Shown in pieces: positions 53,701 through 64,000 of a stretch of 64,000 nt of DNA (the first letter of the stretch is position 1; each line of letters starts with the position of its first letter). The stretch is from Octopus sinensis (Eukaryota). The position numbers and the translations under genes are program-made. The stretch lies in NCBI RefSeq assembly GCF_006345805.1, contig NW_021833225.1, positions 28,081-92,080 on the forward strand. Direction: 5' to 3'. The notes under the pieces are model-generated. The model worked only from the letters and a program-made list of their open reading frames with translations. It was not told the DNA's origin and did no database searches.

Positions 53701-56056
53701 GAGATGACTAATAACATTAACATTAATAGTAATAATAAACAATGCCGATTTAATAGAAGTAATAATGTTAATAATAGAAATAATAGATATAAGGCTAATG
53801 GAGAAAATAAGGAGAATGAAAATATCAGTGATATTATAACAGCAATATGCAGTCGGATAAAAGGACTAACAATAATAGTAACATTACCAATAATATAAGA
53901 AATCATGGTAGGACTTTAAACCTAAATGATGAAGCTGAAGGATCAATAAATAATAGCAATACTTTAGATATCAGCACAACTATAGAAATGATAGGAACCT
54001 AAGAAATCTACCCAAGAATAATCCAAGCCTGAAGTTGCTCCTCCTGTGTGTAAGTGTAGAATAAAATCAAAATGCCCGGCACCTGGTCTATGTGGGGAAA
54101 ATAATGTAATCTATAAATGTACCATATCCACGGAGAATAACAAATATCTTTACGTTGGATGTACGTTGGATGTACAATTAATTTTCTAGCCAGAGTTAGA
54201 AATCACATCTCGTCTTTTAAATTACGTCATAAAGCTGGTACCACCACACTTTCAAACAAAATCTGGGAACTCAAAAATAATAATAAAAATTATAACCTAA
54301 TTGGGAAATAGTTAGGAGAGCAATTCCGTATAAAAATAGTAGGGTTGGTTGCCAACTATGCTCCATGGAGACGTATGAAATTCTAAAGCATAGAAAACAT
54401 AGAAACTTATTGAATAATCATATCGAACTAGGTCAAGTTTGTGTCCACGCTAAATTGAAGACTTTAAAATATTTTAAATGATTAGAATAGCCGTAACTAG
54501 ATAGATAGATATAACTTGATTTCTACTAGTATAGCACTGCTTTAAGTAGATAACTAAGAGTTCTCACACTACAGTTATCTTTTTCCTTATATCTGCATCA
54601 GTTTTTTGAGAACAGGGAAATGAATAGTACTTATACGCTGCTTAATTGAGGCTTTATTTAATTTCAAACTCATAATTTTAAATCTTAATTTTAAATCTTA
54701 ATTGTAATTTTTAATTTTAATTCCAACTTAATCTAATTTAAGTAGCATAACTCTAATAAAATAAATGAGATACTATAGCCCCATAATTCTATTTCAAAAT
54801 TAAATAAATAAGGCTACCCCCTCGGTGATAATATGATTATCTTCATTATGATAGACAATCCCCTAACACCTTGTAAATGACCTTCTAAGATTTGACCTGT
54901 AGTCCGTCAATGTATGAATAATAACGGCAACTCCTTAAGACAATAAAATGAATAAATTAAATAAGTAAATTTATTGACTTTTTGATAAGATTATACTTAG
55001 ATTTTCCTAATGTATTTTCTTTTGATTTTAGCATCTGACCCTAAACCCCTGACTGTGTTATCTCTTTAGATTCTCTTAAAATTCATTGCTGATTTCAACA
55101 GCAATAAATTAGCTGTTTTACTGGCCAAAGAATAATATTCTCCTCTAGTTCCTAGATGCCTGTAAATTAAAACCAGACTTGCCGTCTACTAATTCGTCTG
55201 TATAACTAGAACCCTCTTTTTTATTTTTATTTTTATTTATTTTTTCCCTTCTTTCCCTATTTCTTTCTCTTTCTCTTTTTCTGTTTCTTCTTCTTATCTC
55301 TTTTTCCTTTTCTCTTCTCTTTTAGTCCCCTTTCCCCCCCCTTTTTGCTCCCTCCTCCTTTTTTTCTCTCTTTTCTTCTATTCCCTTCCCTTTCTATTCT
55401 TGGCCTCTCTAGAAAGCCCTTCAGCCTTTAAAAGTTAAATAGCTACAGCCTCTTGTAAATAGCAGTAATGTGATTAATGTGGCAAATACCTAATCATATA
55501 ACAAGAATTGATACCTACCTCATTGTGTTCAACCATTGATAAATTTATCGCCTGTGAATATGAAATTCCTCTTCATTCTCTGGAAACTTACATCTACACC
55601 ATTGGAAATGTGCATCTATACAAAGGATTAATTCACCCTCACTGTAATGCTAATAAGCAGGAATTGAGACCCACCTCGTTGTGATTAACAATGGATAAAT
55701 TTGTCTTCTGTGAGTATGTAATCCCTCATCATATCTCTGGAAGTTCATATGTGCTCTATGGATTAGGTCACCTTCTCTGTGATGCTATTAGAACTTTTTT
55801 AAAATTCTGTGATAAGACTGTACATCATCTTAAAGAACTTTAATGAACTTGGAATCTGTTTATGTTACTTAATTATCTACATTACTTCATGAGTATAGCT
55901 TCAACCACTAGGATTGTCTAGAGAACTTACATGTATTTTAGCTGATGAGTACGGGACACGTTTATATGCTGTAATTTTTACAACTTTTAATAAAGCCTGT
56001 CCTTGTATGAAACGATTGTACTAAAAACCTATCCATTCTTGTTGCTTCTTTCTCGC
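50702..56056. mobile_element. Penelope-like element with ~2.07-kb inverted arms
   Basis: 50874-52954 is the reverse complement of 53991-56056. The spacer and right arm encode RT thumb (ISLRISKLSSNKDIFN), linker, and CKCRIKSKCPAPGLC...YLYVGC GIY-YIG. Confidence 0.92.
50740..50774 (-). ncRNA. Minimal type I hammerhead ribozyme motif
   Basis: Minus strand reads GTTT-CTGACGA-A-GAG(CTCCA)CTC-GAAAC-GTT-AAAC: stem I GTTT/AAAC and palindromic ACGT stem III. Confidence 0.7.
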
Positions 56057-56173
56057 TATAATCACCCCACATTACTGTATTGTTAAGACAGTATAGTTTT
56101 TTTGGTGCATCTAAGTTAGGTACCATATTCAAGTAAATTCATTTAAATATAACTTGAATCTTTATGCTTTTTG

Positions 56174-56204
<31 letters not shown>

Positions 56205-56429
56205 AGAGACCAATGTGTACGTACGCTGCTATATCTTTTTATATATGAAAAATACAAAAAGGGACAAGAATGCAAAACATCCAGACAGTTAGGTGATACA
56301 AAAAGGGACAACTCTGAAAAAGTATCCACAGTGATTTTGCAAGAGCTTGCATGATTTTAGGAGAACTGATTTTAGGAGAACTGTCGGTAATCCATCTATG
56401 GCTGATGTTACATTTTTGATATTGATATA

Positions 56430-57320
56430 ATCATGGCTGTCATTTTCCATGTAGGTCTACAATGCTTCTTTACATGTTTTCCATTGGAGAAGTGCTTATT
56501 TAGTACTTCATTTATCCTCTTGAGATCTGCAGTTAGTGAGCCTTCTTCTTCAAACAGTGGCTCTCTCTTGTGCACCGAGGCAAATACTTTTGTGAACTTG
56601 TTGAAGGCTTTAAGATTTATTTTTATATTTTCCAGCAGCCTGGTTTCTATTTCTATGGGAGAGTCTGAGTTTATTTTTTTATCTTTAAAAGTCTTCCTTT
56701 GAAGAGAGATTTCTTGCTGTCATCAAGTTGTTTATGTAAGTGATTGGAGATCTTGATTTTACATCTCAAAAGAACTCCCCTGTTTCCAAAAATAATGTTT
56801 TTGAATGTTGTCGCTGTCTTCCCTGGGACAAATTTAACGTACATAGCTTGCATTATTGACATGTATTCTTTAAGTGTCATACCAATGTTTTGCATAGAGT
56901 AACTTTGAAGCCAATTTTGCTGGATAATCCATTTTTCAATTGACTTCCAGTCAGCCTTGTAGAAGTTCAGACTGGATAGAATTTGGGTACCATCTATGTG
57001 AAATACATCGGTAATTGGTTTTGGATTGTACATTGTCAGTTCTGTTGTGGTCTGGGAAGATTGTTGGTGATATCTTCACATTGTAGATAAGACCTACATT
57101 GTTGATGGAACAGAGGCCTACGTTATCATTCTTGGTTGGAGAGAATATTGTTTGCCCCATGAACAGCACTTTTCTGGAGTCAAGTAGAGTTTCTGCTTGA
57201 TTATGCTATTTGCATGCCATTCCTGAGATTATATTGTCTTCCAGCTCTCTGATGGTGGAAAGTTGAAGTCACCCATCAGAAGTATACTAATGAGTTGATC
57301 CAGCTTTGTTATCATACATA
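56430..57320 (-). mobile_element. Decayed CR1/L2/Jockey-group LINE fragment (APE C-terminus and linker)
   Basis: MGDFNFP at ~57260-57280 (-), and LNFYKADWKSI...KFVPGK in ORF 56671-57033. Confidence 0.7.
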
Positions 57321-57321
57321 C

Positions 57322-57396
<75 letters not shown>

Positions 57397-57479
57397 TCCT
57401 TATAAGGAATTCCTTATAAGCCAGTGGACGATTGTATCCCCTCCTCATTACTCGCTACACCTCCAGAGAAAACACGGAT

Positions 57480-57880
57480 TTTCAAAAATGGCCAGCTAAG
57501 ACCTTAACTTTCAACCTGTTACTTTCATATTTTTAAGCGTTTGTTTGGATACCTTGATCTGCTCCCCTTTCGTTTCTCTATTTATCTCTAAACATGGCGT
57601 CTTCATGCATTTTTAAACTCCACCTTTACCTTTACTTTCAGCGCCATCTTCGTTGTTTATTCCATTTTCCTTCAAAATATGCTCCCTCGTATCATATCAT
57701 ATCATATCATATTTATTATTTATTTTTTCATTCTCTCTCTGGTTTTCATTCATTTATCTAATTATTTTTCCCCTCAAATTCAGTAATTTTATTGCAGAGA
57801 AAATTCCTTACGAATTATATTCAAACTAGTTGCTTCGATGTTCGCGCCCGCCCTCCCACCACCAATACCGGAAGTTTCTA
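57480..57880 (+). promoter_or_regulatory. Putative Pol II promoter in the RTE 5' region
   Basis: YY1-like AAAATGGCC (57485), AACATGGCG (57591) and AAGATGGCGC (-, 57641-57650); GC box 57847-57853; CCAAT 57862; ETS ACCGGAAGT 57867-57875. Confidence 0.5.
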
Positions 57881-57995
57881 CCCCTGTCTTACTTAACTAC
57901 CCCCCACCCCCACTCGCACCACTATGTAGGGTTTATCTGATCATATAGCGCAAAAAATTGTGAAATGTATGCAGGTTGTAGTCTAGTGTTTCCAT

Positions 57996-60900
57996 ATGAA
58001 ATCTGCCAAATGCAAGCTTTCTTTTCAGGTACATGACACGGCTGTCCCTCATCCCAGGGTCTCAGAAGCCCACACCTCCCACACCCTCAGAGTTGGCACA
58101 CTCAATGTTGGCACATTGAAAGGTAGGTCTGGAGAGATTGTAGAGCTGCTTGAACAGAGACGTGTGGATGTATGCTGCATCCAGGAAGTAAGGTGGAGAG
58201 GAGGTTCCGCTAGGCTCCTCACAGGCAAGGAACACAGGTACAAGATTTTCTGGGCAGGGAACACTGACGGGGTCGGGGGCGTGGGTATACTTCTTGCGGA
58301 GAAATGGGTAGATAAGGTAATCGAGGTAGTCAGAGTAAGTGACAGAGTAATTAAAATTAGATTAGTCCTTCACCATAGGACAGCTACCATCATCTCGGCA
58401 TATGCCCCTCAACCAGGGCTACCGGAAGGACAAAAAGACCAATTCTATGACACCCTATTGCGGACTACCTCGTTGACAAATGACAGTGACCTTCTCTTCG
58501 TGGCAGGTGATTTCAATGGACATGTCGGACGGCATGTCGGGGGCTTCCATGGCGTCCATGGAGGCTACGGTTTTGGCTCTCGTAATGAGGAGGGAACCAG
58601 GCTGCTGGAGTTCTGCGATGCAAATGACCTTATGGTCTGCAATACCAACTTCAGGAAACCCACCTCTCACCTAGTCACCTACCGTTCTGGCAGACACACC
58701 AGTCAGATTGACTACATCCTTGCCAGAAAAAGGGAAAGAGGGCTGATTATAAATGCCAAAACCTTTCCAGGCGAAGAATGTACTCCTCAACATAGATTAG
58801 TAGTTAGCGACTTCAGGATCAGAGCTAAATGGTTGCCCAGAAGAAGACCAGCTTGGAGGAGAAGGGTCTGGAAGCTTAAAGATCTTGCAAATGGACAGAG
58901 ATTTAGAGACATACTACTCGAAGCCTTTGACGAAATAGAAGGGGATATAGCTTCACTTAATGGGGAAGACAACTGGAGATTTCTACGGGACAATCTGCTG
59001 ACAGCCACTGACCAGATCTGTGGATGGAGCAAAGTACCATCTCGACCCAGAGTAACATGGTGGTGGAACACTGTGGTTGACAGGGCTATTAGACAAAAGA
59101 GACAGGCTTGGAAGGACTGGAAGAACGGTGGTAGCAGGGAATTGTATCAGACAGCCAGAAGGGAAGCTAGGAGACAGGTTTATTTAGCCAGAGGGGAAGC
59201 GGATAAGAAAAAATTTGCCAATGTTCTGAGCTGTGAGGATGAAAGACTTGAGGTATTTCGTGTTGCAAGACAGTGTGTGAGAGAGAATCGTGATGTGGTA
59301 GGAGAGAAGTGTGTTCGCATGGATGATGGTTCACTTGCACTAAATGAGGATGCAAAGAGAGAGGTTTGGAGATGCCACTATGAAAGGTTGCTGAATAAAG
59401 AAAATGAATGGGATAAAAGTGTCTGCCGAATGTTGACCCAACAGAGGGACCAGCTATCCGAGTTGATAGTTCCGTGGTAGCTAAGGCAATTAGAAGCATG
59501 AAGACAGGGAAAGCCCCAGGCCCATCAGGAATTACTGCAGAGATGCTCAAAATATCTGGCAGTGTCAGCTATAACCTAGTCACCCGTATAGTCAACCAGG
59601 TGATACACGAAGGAGTCATACCCAATGACTGGTGTAGATGCATACTAGTCAACTGCTACAAAGGTAAAGGTGATGCCCTAGATACAAATAATTACAGAGG
59701 TATCAAGTTGTTGGATCAGGTAATGAAGGTTACGGAGAGGGTCATAGCCCAACTAATTAGAGAGAGAGTTAGTTTAGATGAGATGCAGTTTGGGTTCGTG
59801 CCAGGGAAAAGCACCACTGATGCTATATTCCTGGTAAGGCAGCTGCAGGAGAAATACCTAGCCAAAGATAAGCCCCTGTACCTGGCTTTCGTTGACATGG
59901 AGAAAGCCTTTGATAGGGTCCCCCGATCCCTCATCTGGTGGTCAATGAGGAAACTAGGGATAGATGAATGGCTGGTGAGGGCTGTGCAAGCCATGTACAG
60001 AGATGCCGTAAGTAAGGTTAGGGTTGGCAACATGTACACAGAAGAATTCAAAGTAGAGGTTGGGGTCCACCAGGGTTCAGTACTCAGCCCCCTCCTATTT
60101 ATCATAGTCCTCCAGGCAATTGTGGAGGAATTCAAGACAGGATGCCCCTGGGATCTCCTCTATGCTGACGACCTTGCTCTAATTGCTGAGTCACTATCAG
60201 AACTGGAGGAGAAGTTCCAGGTGTGGAAGGAGGGTTTAGAATCGAGGGGCCTTAGAGTCAACCTAGCTAAAACCAAAGTTCTAATAAGTAGAAAGGTAGA
60301 CAATCCACAAATGTCTTCAGGAAGATGGCCCTGCTCGATCTGTAGAAAAGGTGTAGGTAGAAACTCTATAAGATGTACCCAGTGTAAGCTATGGACACAT
60401 AAGAGGTGCAGCAATGTCAAAGGTAGGCTAACTGGGAAGATAGTTTTTGTATGTGGCAGATGCTCGGGAGCATTGACCTCCGAAAATCTGCAGAAAACAA
60501 CTTCTGTCACTTTCCAGGGGGAAAAACTAGAAGTAGTTGATAGCTTCCGTTATCTAGGTGACCAAGTCAGTAGTGGGGGTGGGTGCGCTGAAAGTGTAAC
60601 TGCTAGAATAAGAATAGCCTGGGCAAAGTTTAGGGAGCTCTTACCTCTGCTGGTGACTAAAGGCCTCTCGCTCAGAGTAAAAGGCAGACTGTATGATGCA
60701 TGTGTACGAACTGCCATGCTACATGGCAGTGAAACATGGGCCGTGACTGCTGAGGACATGCGTAAGCTCATGAGGAATGAATCCAGTATGCTCCGATGGA
60801 TGTGTAATGTCAGTGTACTTACTCGACAGAGCGTTAGTACCTTGAGAAAAATGTTGTACCTAAGAAGCATCAGTTGTGGTGTGCAAGAGAGACGATTGCG

Positions 60901-61108
60901 CTGGTATGGTCATGTGGCGAGAATGGATGAAGATAGGTGTGTGAGAAAGTGCCAATCCCTAGCAGTTGAGGGAACCTGTGGAAGAGGTAGACCCAGGAAA
61001 ACCTGGGACGAGGTGGTGAAGCACGACCTTCGAACGTTAGGTCTCACCATGGAAATGACTAGAGACCTATGGAAGTATGCTGTGCGTGAGAAGACCCGGC
61101 AAGACTAG
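57996..61108 (+). pseudogene. RTE APE endonuclease-reverse transcriptase ORF (~1037 aa) broken by one 1-nt frameshift at ~59420
   Basis: GTLNVGTL, CIQEVRW, AGDFNGH, SQIDYIL and QHRLV (APE); QFGFVPG, FVDMEKAFDRV, GVHQGSVLSP, YADD and FRYLG (RT). The -1 frame upstream of 59474 continues as LPNVDPTEGPAIRVDSSVV. Confidence 0.93.
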
Positions 61109-61371
61109 TGAAGCCATAACCCATGGCCCCCACCAGGGACGTAGTCAGTCCACCTGTGCATACCTTCCTTCTTGTGACACTTGTGAAGACCTGTTGAAGC
61201 AAGTGAAAATCAAATCAAATCAAATCAAATCAAACCAAATCAAAATAGATGAACGTCAATGGAATTTGTATCTTTGTGGTACCAGTGCCGGTGGCACACA
61301 AGAAAACCATCCGAACGTGGCCGTAGCCAGTACCGCATCAACTGGCCTCCGTGCTGTGGGCACGTAACAAA

Positions 61372-61560
61372 CACCATCCGATCGTGGCCGTTCGCCAGCC
61401 TCGTCTGGCACCTGTGTCGGTGGCACATAAAAAACACCATCCGAGCGTGGCCGTCTGCCAGCCTCGTCTGGCATCTGTGTCGGTGGCACATAAAAAACAC
61501 CATCCGAGCGTGGCCGTCTGCCAGCCTCGTCTGGCACCTGTGTCGGTGGCACATAAAATC
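61372..61560 (+). repeat. Three tandem 63-bp units in the RTE 3' UTR
   Basis: caccatccg recurs at 61372, 61435 and 61498. Confidence 0.92.
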
Positions 61561-61751
61561 ACCCACTACACTCTCGGAGTGTTTGGCGTTAGGAAGGGCA
61601 TCCAGCTGTAGAAACACTGCCAGATCTGACTGGCCTGGGGCAGCCTTCGGGCTCGCCAGACCCCAGTTGAACTGTCCAACCCATGCTAGCATGGAAAGCG
61701 GACGTTAAACGATGATGATGATGATGATGATTATATATATATATATTATAT

Positions 61752-61784
<33 letters not shown>

Positions 61785-61799
61785 GATTATATATATATC

Positions 61800-61995
61800 A
61801 TCATCATCATCATCGTCGTTTAACGTCCGTTCTCCATGCTAGCATGGGTTGGACGGTTCGACCGGGGTTCTGGGAAGCCAGAAGGCTGCACCAGGCTCCA
61901 GTCTAATTTGGCAATGTTTCTACAGCTGGATGCCCTTCCTAACGCCAACCACTCCGTGAGTGTAGTGGGTGCTTTTTACGTGCCACCTGCACAGT
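61800..61995 (-). mobile_element. Short RTE 3'-tail copy, inverted relative to the full-length RTE
   Basis: (CAT)n + cgtttaacgtccg...cagctggatgcccttcctaacgcc is the reverse complement of ~61545-61730. Confidence 0.85.
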
Positions 61996-62879
61996 ATATA
62001 TATATATATATATATATATGATTATATATATATATAATATATATATATATGTATATATATATATATGATTATATATATACATAAAATACATTGTCCTTGT
62101 GTGTGCCCTCTCTGCACAGTTAAACCTCTGGATCAATCTGTAGCATATTTGGGTTACATGAATAATTTGTCCTTGAAAATAATAATACGGCTTTGATTTA
62201 TTTTTTTATTAAAAATAAATAATATTATTGCTTTATATATATAATAAAGATTTACTTCTTCGAACCGTTTGGTCAATGTCAACTTCCTGTGTCTGGTATT
62301 CTGACATAGTAACTAAGTAGCCAGCTATTTACAAATACACACACACACACACATATGTATGCATCATTACATTTGTGATGGTTTCTGATAAATATTAATT
62401 TCTAAGGGTACTTTCATCTTTTATATTCTTCTCCAGCTTTCTGTTTGTGTATTTGTACATTCAAGCTCATTTCTGTAAAAATTCTCCAATGTCAACAGGT
62501 CTGTTTCATATATAACTATTACCACCACAACAATTACTATCACTGCTAACCACTGCCACTTCTACTTTATACTGTCACTATGACAACTAAAAGTTCTGTC
62601 ACTAATACTTATACTACAAATACTACTAATGCAACCACCACCACCACCACCACCACCACCACTACTACTGTCATCATCATCATTAATTATCAAGCTGACA
62701 GAATTGCTAGCATGCCATGTGAGATACTTAGCGGTACTTCCTCTGTTGCTATGTTCTGAGTTCAAATTCCGCCAAGGTCAACTTTGCCTTTCATATGTCA
62801 ACAGATCTGTTTTATAAGACATATATTTGTGTGTGCCCTCTCTGGACGGCCACACTGCTGGTGAGATGGTCAATGATCT

Positions 62880-63510
62880 CATAATTCATAAATCTTTAGC
62901 AACAGTCAACGGCTCTGTGAGTGAGCCATCTTAGCTCCACATAATGATGCAGTCAACAAAATCAACTGGAATTTCTTGCAGCCCTTGCCAAGGCAAGAAC
63001 AGTCTTTCAAATCCCTCAACACCGTCATTGATCCAGGTCAGGCTGTAGTTTTCCAACTGAGTTCCTGAACTCTCTACAGCTATCTGAGAAGCCACCTCAC
63101 CACTTAAACACTTAAAGAGCGGACACCAATCATGCTGCCAAAGAATTTGGATCCACTTTGTCTGTGCAATGGCACCAGACTGGTGGTGAAAGCGATGCAA
63201 CCCCATTTCCTAGCAGCAACAATTATGACTGGGAACTATAAGGGTGAAGATGTCTTCATTCCATGGATCCTGTTAATCCCATATGACCTCTCCTTTGAAT
63301 TTAAACGGTTCTGGTTCCCAGGGAAACTAAGTTTCATTTTGTCAATAAACAAATCTCAAGGAGAGTCTCTCAAGGTTGTTGGACTTCACTGTGCTTCTCT
63401 CATGGGCAATTATATGTAGGATGTTAATGAGTTGGACGTTCCCCAAACCTTTTCATGTATACACCAGTAAAAGGACACACTTAAAACACTGCGTATTTAG
63501 AAGCTCTAGA
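62880..63510 (+). pseudogene. Helitron PIF1-helicase C-terminal remnant
   Basis: LAPHNDAVNKIN at ~62930, and NLDPLCLCNGTRLVV...SINKSQGESLKVVG in ORF 63132-63419. Confidence 0.85.
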
Positions 63511-64000
63511 ATCTAGATTATTAAACTGTGATTGATATCCAAATTTGTTTCAATACATTTGTTTATACTCACATCATCTGATAGAAATTTTGTTAAATGT
63601 ATTTATAAACAGGAGAGGAGCACCTGGAGGGCAGTTCTCAAATTTATGCATTTTCAGGTTCAATATGTTTCAAATAAGTACTGACAATTGAAGGTGATTG
63701 CAAAAACAAAGAACTACCTGCATTTTTAACAATTTTAACAATGAGAACATCAGACAAAACATATTATTGACATATACAGTTGGTACCTCAGCTTATTAGC
63801 TGTTGAGAACTGCATAATCCATGTTTCATTTTACTTAGAGATTAGAAAGCATAGTTAAAAATCATTACTTTCAATTACCTGGGAAATGTCGGGGTATTAA
63901 CATATGAAATTGGTACCTCAGCTACTAGAAGGGGAGACCTGCATAGTCTATGTTTCATGTCAGTTAGAGATCTAGAAGTCTTTTGCAAATTTCTTTATTT

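Larger units (their letters stand above)
57395..61731 (+). mobile_element. Apparently full-length young RTE-clade LINE in a (TA)n tract
   Basis: ~600-bp 5' region, APE-RT ORF, structured 3' UTR and (GAT)n tail, with (TA)n on both sides. Confidence 0.9.

Noticed and set aside
55942-55975. Additional hammerhead (CTGATGAG...), mirrored at ~50955-50988
   Set aside because: There is no GAAA core downstream; it is at most a vestige.
59167-60870. Several antisense ORFs over the RTE
   Set aside because: They are shadows of the long sense ORF with no independent motifs.
61372-61560. CRISPR-like array
   Set aside because: The units are contiguous with no unique spacers, lie inside a LINE UTR, and there are no cas genes.

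Overview
This is 64 kb of AT-rich, repeat-dominated animal DNA. From the SINE/LINE families I infer a coleoid cephalopod, probably Octopus; I could not verify this by search. I found no confidently recognisable host protein-coding exon, no tRNA/rRNA gene and no CRISPR array. The window is a layered collection of transposons: Tc1, mariner and pogo elements, non-autonomous and decayed autonomous Helitrons, RTE, CR1/L2 and R4/Dong-like LINEs, three Penelope-like elements (PLEs), tRNA-derived SINEs, foldback elements and long microsatellites. Highlights: (1) a ~5.3 kb PLE with ~2.07 kb near-identical inverted arms and a minimal hammerhead ribozyme motif; (2) a composite Helitron head-to-tail dimer with an exact CTAG|TC junction; (3) an apparently full-length RTE LINE, one base from intact, with a PHD-like finger inside RT and a promoter-like 5' region; (4) a pre-miRNA-sized hairpin at the edge of a CpG-rich island; (5) short locally templated insertions. 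All alignments and identities were judged by eye. Boundaries of decayed elements are approximate.
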